A stretch of DNA of 64,000 bases from NCBI GenBank assembly GCA_963827685.1, contig CAWHBU010000004.1:320001-384000 (forward strand), given 5' to 3'. The notes beneath the pieces were generated by a model. It saw nothing but the letters and a program-made list of their open reading frames with translations, was not told the origin of the DNA and searched no databases. This stretch comes from an uncultured delta proteobacterium (lineage in GTDB: Bacteria > Desulfobacterota > BSN033 > UBA1163). Below, piece after piece: positions 10,278-19,985 of this stretch. Position 1 is the stretch's first letter, and each line of letters starts with the position of its first letter. The position numbers and the translations under genes are program-made.

Positions 10278-11116
10278 CTCTTAATATCCTTTCTGCTGAA
10301 AACGATGAAAGCGATCGAAAACAAGCCGATATTGTGGAAACCGAGAACCATGGCTGATCGTGCTATTTCCTGCCACGGTATCGGATCATCAAAAAATCGC
10401 TGCCAGAAGACCATATAGGTTGTGAAAAGATAGGGGCTAAGCATTCGAAAGAAATCGAAAGGAAAGTTTCCAAGAACAAGAAAGACAATGACGACAGCCA
10501 TGGTGCCAATAATAGGGCCGATGGAGTTCTCCGCCAGGGTCGAAAAAAGAAAAGCAATGGATGCCACCACCGTCATGGACCAGACAGCAGCTGTAAAGGC
10601 AAGGAGCATTCTCATGGGAACTTCCGCCTCGGGAATAAAGACGATGCGGAGTTTGGTTTGATAATTCATAATTAAATCACCGTGGCCAAACAACAGAAGA
10701 CCAAGGATGATGCATATCAGGGCGAGAAAGATCACCAGTCCTGTTGTGTAAAAAAGGGTTGTCAGGTACTTGGCTGTAATGATCTTACCTCGAGAAGGGG
10801 GTCGTATCAACAGAAGCCTCACGGTCCCGGCGGTGGCCTCGCTTGAGACAATGTCTCCCGCAACTAGGGTGATGAAAAAGGGGATGTGTATATGGAGGCT
10901 GTTCATAATGAAGGCCGTAATGAACCAACCATTCAGGACATTTCCAAAGATGAGGAAATCCTTCTGGAAAGATCTCATCATACGATAAAGGATCTCATTG
11001 GCACTCAATTTCATCACCACTTCCGTCATGATGACAATCAAAGCGATGAAGCCAAAACTGATGTACGTGCGCCATCGGCTGAATATCTTGTAGGTCTCAA
11101 ACCAGAACAGCTTCAT
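10274..11116 (-). CDS. ABC-2 type transporter permease
   Basis: GDIVSSEATAGTVRLLLIRPPSRGKIITAK motif; multiple TM segments. Confidence 0.88.
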   Translation of the reverse strand: MKLFWFETYKIFSRWRTYISFGFIALIVIMTEVVMKLSANEILYRMMRSFQKDFLIFGNVLNGWFITAFIMNSLHIHIPFFITLVAGDIVSSEATAGTVRLLLIRPPSRGKIITAKYLTTLFYTTGLVIFLALICIILGLLLFGHGDLIMNYQTKLRIVFIPEAEVPMRMLLAFTAAVWSMTVVASIAFLFSTLAENSIGPIIGTMAVVIVFLVLGNFPFDFFRMLSPYLFTTYMVFWQRFFDDPIPWQEIARSAMVLGFHNIGLFSIAFIVFSRKDIKS

Positions 11117-12084
11117 ATATCAGAGATCCCTTCAGTGATCTTCAAAAAGAAATCTTCGAGTGTTCGATGGGGATAAAAGGATATGACCTCGACATGATTC
11201 GAAACGAGAAACCTGTTCAACTCGGAAGCGTGACCGGGCTCAACACACAATTCAATCTTACCCCCCTCGACGGAAAGGACCACAACCCAGGGGAGTTTCC
11301 TGAGAAGTTCGACCGTTGACCCAAAAGGTGAGACTTGGATGGAATACTCCAGGGGTTCTCTGTTAAGCAATTCAGAGACAGATCCTTGAGCAATCAGCTC
11401 ACCCCGATTGATGACCGCCATCCTGGTCGCAACCAGTTCGACTTCCGAAAGGAGATGAGAAGAAAGAAAGATGGTCATCTTTTTGTCGGTGGCGAGCTTC
11501 TTGATCAGCCCTCTGACTTCTTTCATTCCCTGTGGATCGAGTCCTGCAGTCGGTTCATCAAGGATAATTAGTTCTGGTTCGGTCAGCAGAGCCTGAGCGA
11601 TTCCGAGTCGTTGCTTCATTCCGTGCGAAAAAGTCTTGACTTTTTCAAAAGCACGCGATGTCAACCCGACCACATCGAGCGCTTCCAAGATCTCTTTCTT
11701 TTGAACAGGGCGGGTCATTGAGCCCAGTATTTCCAGATTCTTATAGGCGGAAAGGTAGAGGTAGAAATCCGCTTTCTCGACAATTCCACAGACCCGTGAG
11801 AGGACGACATGGCGGTGTTTATGAAGATCCATCCCAAACATTTCAATCGAACCTGAAGAAGGCATAAGAAGCGTTAGGATCATGCGTATGGTGGTACTTT
11901 TCCCCGCGCCATTTGGACCGAGGAAACAGAAAACATCCCCACGGTGGACTTCAAGATTTAAATCCTTGGCAGCCCAGCGTTTTCCAAACTTCTTGCTCAA
12001 GCCATGGGTTCGCAGAACAACTTCTTTGCGGGATAGGTTTTGCACGACATCACATAGGACAGAGGAGTCTTTTTTGCCCTCCAC
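11113..12084 (-). CDS. ABC transporter ATP-binding protein
   Basis: GPNGAGKST, FSHGMKQR, ILDEP, SSH. Confidence 0.95.
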   Translation of the reverse strand: MEGKKDSSVLCDVVQNLSRKEVVLRTHGLSKKFGKRWAAKDLNLEVHRGDVFCFLGPNGAGKSTTIRMILTLLMPSSGSIEMFGMDLHKHRHVVLSRVCGIVEKADFYLYLSAYKNLEILGSMTRPVQKKEILEALDVVGLTSRAFEKVKTFSHGMKQRLGIAQALLTEPELIILDEPTAGLDPQGMKEVRGLIKKLATDKKMTIFLSSHLLSEVELVATRMAVINRGELIAQGSVSELLNREPLEYSIQVSPFGSTVELLRKLPWVVVLSVEGGKIELCVEPGHASELNRFLVSNHVEVISFYPHRTLEDFFLKITEGISDI

Positions 12085-12134
12085 CTGTTATTTCCCAACC
12101 TCAACTCATTGATCCTCGAGTTCCATGGGATCAC

Positions 12135-13090
12135 TTATTCCGGATAAAAACGGATTCCAAGCTCAAAAGCGTCATCACTGAATTCATCAGGGATAGGAGG
12201 CAAAGGTTCTGCCTTCTTAATCGCTCGCATTGCCATCTGGTCGTAATGGACATTGCCGGACCTTTTTTCAAACCATGATTTTTTAATTTTGCCGTCCCTT
12301 TCTATGATGACGACAATGATTGTCTCCAAGTCCGTTTTCCCTTTGGGAAGACCTCCGGGGAGGGTCCATTCCTTTTTGATTTTGGCCCATATCGTACTAT
12401 AGTAATCGTTTAGTTTGGATTCCAATGCAAAGGAACCTCCGGAGGAAGAACCCCAGGATGATCCGCCTGATGGGGAACCTACTGACCCCGATCCGGTTCC
12501 CGATCCCGTTCCCGCTCCGGATCCGGAGACAGTCGGCCCTTGAGATAGACGAGTCACTGGAGATTCCCCTTTCGTCCCCTTCTCCGATCTCTCACGTCGG
12601 GCTACCTTTTTTTGAATCTCTTCAAGGGCTGCCTTTTTATCAATATCCTCGATGGCCTCTTGAAGAGACTTCAGAGAGGTTTTTCTTTTTTCCAAACTCC
12701 ATCCCTTCTCTACATTCTCCACCTTCTTTTCCGCTTTTTTCTGACGCGATTTTATGGCCTCAGCTTTTTCAGTCCCTTTTTGATTCACAACGGGCTTCAG
12801 TTTTTCACCCGGCGGAGAAGCGGGCAGTTCGGCGGTCCGACTGGGGGCCCTGGAATGGCGCTACCGAAGGGGGATCCGTTTCCTTGAGGCGAAAAGGGTC
12901 GAATGGTAACTCGATAAACAGAAGAGTGCATTTTTGTAATGGTAGGCCTCAGGCCGAGGATGAGGGCGGCAACGAGGGTAATATGAAGGAGCAGTGAGAA
13001 AATCCCCGCTTTCAGCAATCCGCCCTTATCGGGAAAAACTGGACCGTTCAAAAGAGAAGGTTGCACTCTTCCCTTTTGTAATGTTCTCAT
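12135..13090 (-). pseudogene. tonB: TonB/TolA-family energy transducer split by a frameshift near 12830-12845
   Basis: N-terminal anchor SLLLHITLVA in ORF 12797-13090; C-terminal IKKEWTLP...SGNVHYDQMAMRAIKKAEPLP in ORF 12135-12788; the second frame is open across the junction. Confidence 0.75.
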
Positions 13091-13497
13091 TTCTTCAACT
13101 CAATCCCTAAACCAGGGTTCTTGACGCCCGATTGCGTTAAGACATCCATCACCTGTATCACGGAATCATATTTGACATTCTTATCCCCGTTAACAATCAC
13201 AAACGCGTCCGGCTTACTCCTCATCATGGCCCTCAGCTTATATTTGAGTGTCTCTAAATCAAGTTTCGCATCCTCTAAGAACACCTCTCCCTGAGCATTA
13301 ATGTTGATCATGATGTCTCGCGATGTCTCCTCAGATTTCGATGCCTTGGGCAATTGAACTTTCAGACTGGATTGATAAATGAAAGGGGTGGCGATCATGA
13401 AGATGATCAATAGAACCAGAACCACATCGGTAAAAGGGGTGATGTTAATTTCTGCCATTAATCGGGATCTTCTATTTTTTCTCTTCATGTGATTCAT
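13087..13497 (-). CDS. exbD: Biopolymer transport protein ExbD/TolR
   Basis: AEINITPFTDVVLVLLIIFM motif; ATGA overlap with exbB stop. Confidence 0.9.
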   Translation of the reverse strand: MNHMKRKNRRSRLMAEINITPFTDVVLVLLIIFMIATPFIYQSSLKVQLPKASKSEETSRDIMININAQGEVFLEDAKLDLETLKYKLRAMMRSKPDAFVIVNGDKNVKYDSVIQVMDVLTQSGVKNPGLGIELKK

Positions 13498-14117
13498 CCC
13501 CCGCCCATCAGGTCGATTAATTCGGAAGCGCATAATTCCATATCATTGATAAAACGTTCGACTCTTTTCATAAAATAATTGAATGCGATGACTGCAGGGA
13601 CAGCTACAAAAAGCCCCATGGCCGTGCAGACCAGTGCTTCGGCCACTCCCCCGATGACAATGCTCATTCCACCGGCTCCGGCGACGGCAATATCATGAAA
13701 TGCCCTGATGATCCCGAGCACTGTTCCAAAGAGCCCGATATAAACAGCCGTGTTGCCAATGGTTCCCACGATGCTCGTGAAACGCTCTAATTTTGTGGTT
13801 TCGACCGTGATCTCTCGCTCCATCGCGCTGGATATTTGTTTTTCATGGTGATCATGGAGCACCAGTCCGGAATAAATGACATTCGAGATAGGCGCATGAG
13901 TGTGCTTGCAGATTTCCATGGCCTTTTCAATACTCCCACTTTTCAATGCCCTTTTTATTCTCGTCATAAATTCCGATCTTTTGGTTCGGGATAGTCTTCT
14001 GTAGTAAATGATCCTTTCCAAAAGGATGGTGATGGATAAAAAAGAGCAGAAGAGTAGGATGTACATCGTGAAACCACCAATCTGAATGATTTCCCACACG
14101 GTTTTCCCTGCAAACAT
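13494..14117 (-). CDS. exbB: MotA/TolQ/ExbB proton channel protein
   Basis: GLFGTVLGIIRAF and AEALVCTAMGLFVAVPA motifs. Confidence 0.9.
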   Translation of the reverse strand: MFAGKTVWEIIQIGGFTMYILLFCSFLSITILLERIIYYRRLSRTKRSEFMTRIKRALKSGSIEKAMEICKHTHAPISNVIYSGLVLHDHHEKQISSAMEREITVETTKLERFTSIVGTIGNTAVYIGLFGTVLGIIRAFHDIAVAGAGGMSIVIGGVAEALVCTAMGLFVAVPAVIAFNYFMKRVERFINDMELCASELIDLMGGG

Positions 14118-14241
14118 CTCATTCCTCCTTTAGAAATTCTGCATTGCATTGGTTCAAGGGATGTGAAAGTTCCTTCGTCAATCAATATTACTTATCTGTT
14201 AAGATTTGGCAAGAACTATCGTTGGTTCCATTTATAGGGGG

Positions 14242-15171
14242 TTAAGATGGCGCCAAGAATCTTCGAGTTTCTTCCAGGGTGGGGATTCCTTTTCTTCCAC
14301 CAAGTTCTCGGCATTTGAGGGCTGCCACCGCATTGGCAAATCTCAAAATCTTCCTTGCCTCCCAATTCTGCAATAGGCCGTAAATGAACCCTGCATGAAA
14401 GACATCGCCTGCACCCGTCGTATCCATGGCCTTTACTTTGAATCCTTCAGCATAGAGGGTTTTCCCATCTATCAACGCCATGGCACCTTCACGGCCCAGT
14501 GTCGCGCAGAGAAATCCAGGAGTGTGTTTTTGAAGTTCGAGAAAAGCCTTTTTTTGATCTGAAATTCCAGTGTAGAGCGTGGGGAACCTTGATGAGGTGA
14601 TGACAAAGTCAACCTTCTTAATCAGCTCAGAGGTGAGAGGTTCCACTTTATCGAGGTCAACGATGGTTGGAATTGCTTCTTCCCTTGCCCACCTGGCACA
14701 CTGAATGGCAGTATGGATGTCATGCCCGTCTAAGTGGAGGAGTTTTCCAGAGCAGATTTCCTCCTTTCGAAGTTCTCCTTCGCGATACATCAATCGTTCG
14801 TCTCGATTCCAGAGGATCGTTCGTTCTCCCGAGTCACCATCCACGATAATCGTGGCAAACTGATTTGCGGCATTGGGTTCGGTTGTCACCGAGGAGACAT
14901 CCACTCCTTCCTGACGAATGGAATGGAGAGAGAATTGCCCCAAATCATCCTCTCCAACTTTTCCAATATATTTTGTTTTTACTCCCCATCGACTCAGGGC
15001 CACCATGGCGGTAGCTACCTGACCTCCCCCTTGTCTGGAAAACCGGAGGATCTCCATTTTTGAATTCGAGGTGGGAAATTCTGGAACCACACAAAGGAAA
15101 TCGACGGAGTTGAGGCCCATCCCCACCACATCAAAAGGCTTGTCTGTGGCGAGAGGAAGATTGAATCGCAT
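14242..15171 (-). CDS. PfkB family carbohydrate kinase
   Basis: GGGQVAT and DTTGAGDVFHAGF signatures. Confidence 0.92.
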   Translation of the reverse strand: MRFNLPLATDKPFDVVGMGLNSVDFLCVVPEFPTSNSKMEILRFSRQGGGQVATAMVALSRWGVKTKYIGKVGEDDLGQFSLHSIRQEGVDVSSVTTEPNAANQFATIIVDGDSGERTILWNRDERLMYREGELRKEEICSGKLLHLDGHDIHTAIQCARWAREEAIPTIVDLDKVEPLTSELIKKVDFVITSSRFPTLYTGISDQKKAFLELQKHTPGFLCATLGREGAMALIDGKTLYAEGFKVKAMDTTGAGDVFHAGFIYGLLQNWEARKILRFANAVAALKCRELGGRKGIPTLEETRRFLAPS

Positions 15172-15496
15172 GGCTATTTCTAAGAACTTTTGAACAGGAT
15201 TTCAAGTTTTCATCATTTATATAAACAATATAAACAAGCCAATAGATGAGGAGATGAACAATCCAGTAGGCATCTTTTTCATGGCTTACGCCCATTATAT
15301 GAAGGCCGAAAAGGGCAAGACAAGGAAATATCTGAAGCAGTTGGAAGGTTACGATAAGTTAGAAGAGGATTATGAATACCTTTTTGAACTTATAAAAACA
15401 AAGACAAAACATTTTGAAGGGGTTTAAAGTAACGGGTAGTGATACGCCTCTGTCCTTCTCTCCTTAAAAGAAATAAAAAAAATATGTCTTCCATGA

Positions 15497-16294
15497 CTAA
15501 CGATTAATTTTAGAGGATGAAACCTCCTTGATGAAGCTGTCGGGATAATTTTTGAAAATCTTCTTGTCTTTTAAAAACTGAGCGGCTTCATTTTCATCCG
15601 TAAATTGTCCCACAAGGACTCTGTATAAGGTCCCTCTGCTCCTGCTTTTCATAGTTATCCAATAGACCTCCAACCCTTCCTTCTTAAAAGCTTCTACAAG
15701 CTCGCGAACGTTTTCCATATCGCGAAATGCCCCGACCTGTATAGCGAAATATTTTCCCTGGGGCGAAGGTTTATTGAGTTTCACCGTTTCCAGAGGTATG
15801 GGCATTGGTTTTGCTTTTTCTGTTTCTTGCTGAGGACTTTTCACGGCTTCCTGTTTCGTCTGAACCGGAAGTGATTCAGAAGGGGGTTTTGAGGGCGCAG
15901 CAGGAGAGGGTACAACAGAAGGGGGAGGCAAGGCTGCTGAAGTGGTAGCGGCAGCAGGGGGTTTAGGGGCAGCTGGAGAGGGGACAACCGTAGGGCGTTT
16001 CGGGGGTGATGGAGGAATGACAACAGTTGGCGGCTTGGTATCGCCCGTTTTGAAAAGATCGGGGATGATCGTCGGCTTCAGGGTAGTAATCGCGAAGATC
16101 GACGCCAATATAATAAAGAAAATGGATGCGATGATGATCATCGAGCGGTATGATCTTTTTTTAATCTGTTTCGGTTTTTGCCTTCCAGGAATTGAGGTTC
16201 CTGCTGCTTCCTCTTTTTCGATATCGGCAACACGCTGATACATGCTATCCAATTCACCGAGGAGTTCTTCTTCCGGAATCTGTTTGTCTTTCAT
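15497..16294 (-). CDS. Membrane-anchored SPOR-domain protein with Pro-rich linker
   Basis: TM helix, proline-rich stalk, YFAIQVGAF...YRVLVGQF SPOR motif. Confidence 0.88.
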   Translation of the reverse strand: MKDKQIPEEELLGELDSMYQRVADIEKEEAAGTSIPGRQKPKQIKKRSYRSMIIIASIFFIILASIFAITTLKPTIIPDLFKTGDTKPPTVVIPPSPPKRPTVVPSPAAPKPPAAATTSAALPPPSVVPSPAAPSKPPSESLPVQTKQEAVKSPQQETEKAKPMPIPLETVKLNKPSPQGKYFAIQVGAFRDMENVRELVEAFKKEGLEVYWITMKSRSRGTLYRVLVGQFTDENEAAQFLKDKKIFKNYPDSFIKEVSSSKINR

Positions 16295-16348
16295 CTTTAA
16301 TGTCTCCTTCTTCGATGGATGGGGCCCCGTTCTTGTTTGCGGCCTTTT

Positions 16349-16987
16349 TTAGTCATGGATTCTTTTTAGATAACGACTTGCCACGATGTCGGCATCTAAT
16401 CCTATGCATTGGGCATAAGCCCTCAAGAAGCCTTTTAGGAATGTCCTGGAAGGGGTTTTCTCAAACTGGTCATCCTCGATCGCATGTAAGTAGACAATCC
16501 GGACCTTCACCATTTCTGCGATCTCCTCAAGAGATACCCCCAATTCATCCCTGATCTTTTTCAAATCTTCTCCTGATAAGGCATCATGGGTGAGAATTTC
16601 CTGAATCACGGGGTTTGAAGACACGATCGGTTTTAGTCTATCTCTTATTCTTAATGCCGTATTGGTGCCAGGATGTTTCGCATCGGCCAGGAGACTCAAC
16701 TTTTTGCCATCCCGCCGATATCGCCTCTCCTTTTCAAGGATACCGCGTTCAATGAGTAACTGATCATAGTGGGATCTTTTCTTTTCATCCATCAGGGTGG
16801 AATACGCCCCATCCAGTTTCACGAGTATTTCCTCCCGTTCTTCTCGGGAAAAAAAAGAGTAGCTTGCCAGAGAATCGTCATGATAGAGTTGAACCATCTC
16901 TTTATATGCCTGATGAACCTCGAAAGGTGAGGCATCGAATGCAACTTCCAGAAGTTCATAGAAGTTCAGATCCTCAAGTCTCTTCAT
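16349..16987 (-). CDS. J-domain plus RodZ-like HTH protein
   Basis: NFYELLEV...AYKEMVQLYHDD...KRSHYD (J-like, HPD replaced by HDD); GEDLKKIRDELGVSLEEIA...YLHAIEDD...GFLRAYA. Confidence 0.8.
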   Translation of the reverse strand: MKRLEDLNFYELLEVAFDASPFEVHQAYKEMVQLYHDDSLASYSFFSREEREEILVKLDGAYSTLMDEKKRSHYDQLLIERGILEKERRYRRDGKKLSLLADAKHPGTNTALRIRDRLKPIVSSNPVIQEILTHDALSGEDLKKIRDELGVSLEEIAEMVKVRIVYLHAIEDDQFEKTPSRTFLKGFLRAYAQCIGLDADIVASRYLKRIHD

Positions 16988-17033
16988 ACGATGATGACCT
17001 ATTGTTAAAACCCACTTAAGTGAAAGCCGGGGC

Positions 17034-17981
17034 TTACAAAGCCACCGCTTGCTCCTCTGCCACACCCGTGATGCCTTTGATGACTAACTTAAGATCGAGA
17101 GTTGATTGGGAGTAAGAATATTTTTCGACAAAGGACTCTTTCCTGCACACCGCCTCGTGGACGCGTTCATCAAAACTTACATTGCCTACGAATTGAATTT
17201 TCATGCCGAGGTGCTTCTCAACAATCTTACAGATGAGCGCTCCGATCTTCGGATTATCCTGTCTTCTAACCTGATTAAGAACCAGCTTGAACTGGAAAGC
17301 CTTCAAAATCCTTTCTACTTTACTGCCTTGCTCCGGATCGATATTTTTCAGCATATCGAGAAGGTATTCCGGATGATGAATGATGGCATCCCGGTTCTGT
17401 GCTTCTGCTTTCTCAGCCAGGCTTCTGAAACGATCGATCTTGAGCACCTGGCGGATCTTGCGAATATAAACGGAGCGAATTAGCCTATAGATATTTTCGA
17501 TTGATGTGGGCTCTGGAATGCAAACAAAGATTCCAGAGTCCGATAGGGTGAAAAAATCGATGGTATTAAAAGATGTGCCTGCGCCAAGGTCAAGCAGAAT
17601 ATAGTCATAATCCAATCTCGATATAGCATGTAACATTTTCATCTTCTGTTCGTGAGCGAGATTGGAGATGTCCAGCTTATTTCTGGCTCCGCTGATTAGA
17701 AAAAGATTATGGATCGGCATTTCGAGAACGGTTTCCTCAAGTGTTGCCACTCTCCTATTGAGAAAATCAGAGAGGCTTATCGGAGGATTGGGCAGGCCGA
17801 TGATCGTGTGAAGATTGGGTGTGCCGAGGTCGGCATCGATAAGAAGGGTTTTGAATCCTTGCCGGGCTAATAGAATTCCGATATTACTCGTGAGAAAACT
17901 CTTTCCGGTTCCTCCTTTTCCTCCACCGATGGGCCATATACGGGGCATAAAGTCTGAACTATACTGATTTATGTTATTCAT
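17034..17981 (-). CDS. MinD/FlhG-family P-loop ATPase
   Basis: GGGKGGTGKS deviant Walker A, DADLG, LLDLGAGT, PEPTSIENIY. Confidence 0.88.
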   Translation of the reverse strand: MNNINQYSSDFMPRIWPIGGGKGGTGKSFLTSNIGILLARQGFKTLLIDADLGTPNLHTIIGLPNPPISLSDFLNRRVATLEETVLEMPIHNLFLISGARNKLDISNLAHEQKMKMLHAISRLDYDYILLDLGAGTSFNTIDFFTLSDSGIFVCIPEPTSIENIYRLIRSVYIRKIRQVLKIDRFRSLAEKAEAQNRDAIIHHPEYLLDMLKNIDPEQGSKVERILKAFQFKLVLNQVRRQDNPKIGALICKIVEKHLGMKIQFVGNVSFDERVHEAVCRKESFVEKYSYSQSTLDLKLVIKGITGVAEEQAVAL

Positions 17982-18387
17982 TTTTCAACCCTATGTAATT
18001 ATAGCACAATCAAGGGTTTTTTGTGGTACGGGCACGGTCTATAGATGGGGACATCCTGGATGGTTCTTGTCCCGCTCGTCCTCTGATGAAAACGACGGTT
18101 ATGATGTTTGTGCTTCATATTTTACTTGTTTGGCACTTGCGCTTCAGCGACCGGCCAGAGGGCGAGTCCGACTGATAGCGCTTATTCGCTGTTTACGATC
18201 AGGATCACTTGAGTCAATATCACGCATTTTCTGTACCGAACTTTTGATCTTTTATGGTGCTGCAAAGAATTGTAATCCGTACACGTGGCTCCACGTACTT
18301 GATAGATCAAAGGGTCTGTAACCCCTCTATTTCGGAAGTTAATTTACACCCCTAAAAGGTTCTTGTCAACCATTTGGCTGGCAAGTG

Positions 18388-18492
18388 CCCCTTAACCCCG
18401 CCTTGTAGGTGGGGTTAAGGGCACAATTAAAACGATATTTCCTTTCCGTGAAGCCCCTGCCTGTGGCCGAGGGGCTTCACTTCGGGGGCGCT
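18388..18492. repeat. REP/MITE-like pair of palindromes upstream of glmU
   Basis: CTTAACCCC-GCC...GGT-GGGGTTAAG and GTGAAGCCCC...GGGGCTTCAC; related GTGAAGCTCCCCGCC element at 44380-44450. Confidence 0.55.
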
Positions 18493-18557
18493 CAGGGTTG
18501 ACGAAAAGGCCCATCCATAGTATAAAAGAGGTTAAATGAATACAAAAGGATAAAGAT

Positions 18558-19982
18558 TTGGAAGGTATTGCCACCATCATTCTTGCAGCAGGGAAGGGGA
18601 CCCGGATGAAGTCAGACCTTGTGAAAGTACTTCATCCCATTCTGGGACTTCCTATGCTCTCCTATCCTATTGAACTTTCCTTGAGAGGGGTCAAAGCCGA
18701 AAAGACGATTGTGGTCATAGGTCATCAGGCAGACCAGATTCAGGAGAGGTTTAAAGACCCTAAGATTGAATTCGTTGTTCAGAAAGAGCAACTGGGTACG
18801 GGTCATGCGGTCTTGCAAGCCATCCCATTTCTAAAGACATTCACTGGCACTGTTCTCATCCTCTGCGGAGATGTTCCCTTGGTGAAAGCCGATACCCTTC
18901 ACTCTTTTATCGGTGCTTTTGGAAAAAGTAACTCCATCCTCTCTGTGTTAACGACCGTGGTGGAGGATCCGTTCGGGTATGGTCGCATCGTCCGAAGTTC
19001 GGAGGGTTGGCTGGAAAAGATTGTGGAAGAGAAGGATGCCTCAATGGGGGCAAAATCGATCCGAGAGATTAATACAGGGATATATTGTGTGAAGGCTTCT
19101 TTATTGATCGAGGGCTTAAGGGAGATCGGAAAGGATAACGCACAAGGTGAATACTATCTCACCGACCTGGTTGAGATTGCAAAGAAGAAAGGGTTGAGGT
19201 GTTCTGCTCATATCGTGGGGGATCCCGTGGAGGTGATGGGGATCAATACACGGGTCGATCTTGCCGTGGTCAATGAAGTGCTCAAACAGGAGAAACTGAG
19301 AGAGTTAATGGTCTCTGGAGTGACAGTTCTCGATCCCAAAACTACCTATGTGGAGAAAGCGGTTGAAGTGGGAAGAGAAACAACCCTCTGCCCGAATTGT
19401 TATCTCCACGGGATGACAAGAATCGGTGAACACTGTATCATCGAATCTAACTCAAAAATCACAGACTCCATCATCGGCAATGAGGTGACCATTCGCTCGA
19501 ATTCTGTGATCACGGGGAGTAAGATTGAAGATGGGGCCATCATCGGCCCTTTTGCCCACCTGAGGCCTTTAAGCGAGATCAGGGCGAAGGCAAAGATTGG
19601 GAACTTTGTGGAGGTGAAGAAGTCGACCATTGGCAAAGGTTCAAAAGCCAACCATCTTACCTATATTGGAGATTCCTTGGTTGGAGAGGGTGTGAACATC
19701 GGCGCTGGAACTATCTTCTGTAACTATGATGGGTTCGAGAAGCATCAGACGATCATCGGTGATCGGGTCTTTGTGGGATCGAACGTGGAACTCGTGGCGC
19801 CCGTCAAGGTGGGAAATGGTTCTACGATTGGTGCGGGTTCCACCATCACGAAAGATGTTCCAGGGGGGGCGTTGGCGATCAGCCGAGCGAGACAGAGGAA
19901 CATCAAGGGATGGAGTAAAAGAATAGAGTACCGGCAAAAGAAGAAGAAGAATAAGAATAGAAATAAAGAGAGTGAGGGTTGA
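18558..19982 (+). CDS. glmU: Bifunctional UDP-GlcNAc pyrophosphorylase/glucosamine-1-P acetyltransferase
   Basis: ILAAGKGTRMKS, QLGTGHAV, GEYYLTD, hexapeptide repeats. Confidence 0.97.
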   Translation: MEGIATIILAAGKGTRMKSDLVKVLHPILGLPMLSYPIELSLRGVKAEKTIVVIGHQADQIQERFKDPKIEFVVQKEQLGTGHAVLQAIPFLKTFTGTVLILCGDVPLVKADTLHSFIGAFGKSNSILSVLTTVVEDPFGYGRIVRSSEGWLEKIVEEKDASMGAKSIREINTGIYCVKASLLIEGLREIGKDNAQGEYYLTDLVEIAKKKGLRCSAHIVGDPVEVMGINTRVDLAVVNEVLKQEKLRELMVSGVTVLDPKTTYVEKAVEVGRETTLCPNCYLHGMTRIGEHCIIESNSKITDSIIGNEVTIRSNSVITGSKIEDGAIIGPFAHLRPLSEIRAKAKIGNFVEVKKSTIGKGSKANHLTYIGDSLVGEGVNIGAGTIFCNYDGFEKHQTIIGDRVFVGSNVELVAPVKVGNGSTIGAGSTITKDVPGGALAISRARQRNIKGWSKRIEYRQKKKKNKNRNKESEG

Positions 19983-19985
19983 GAA

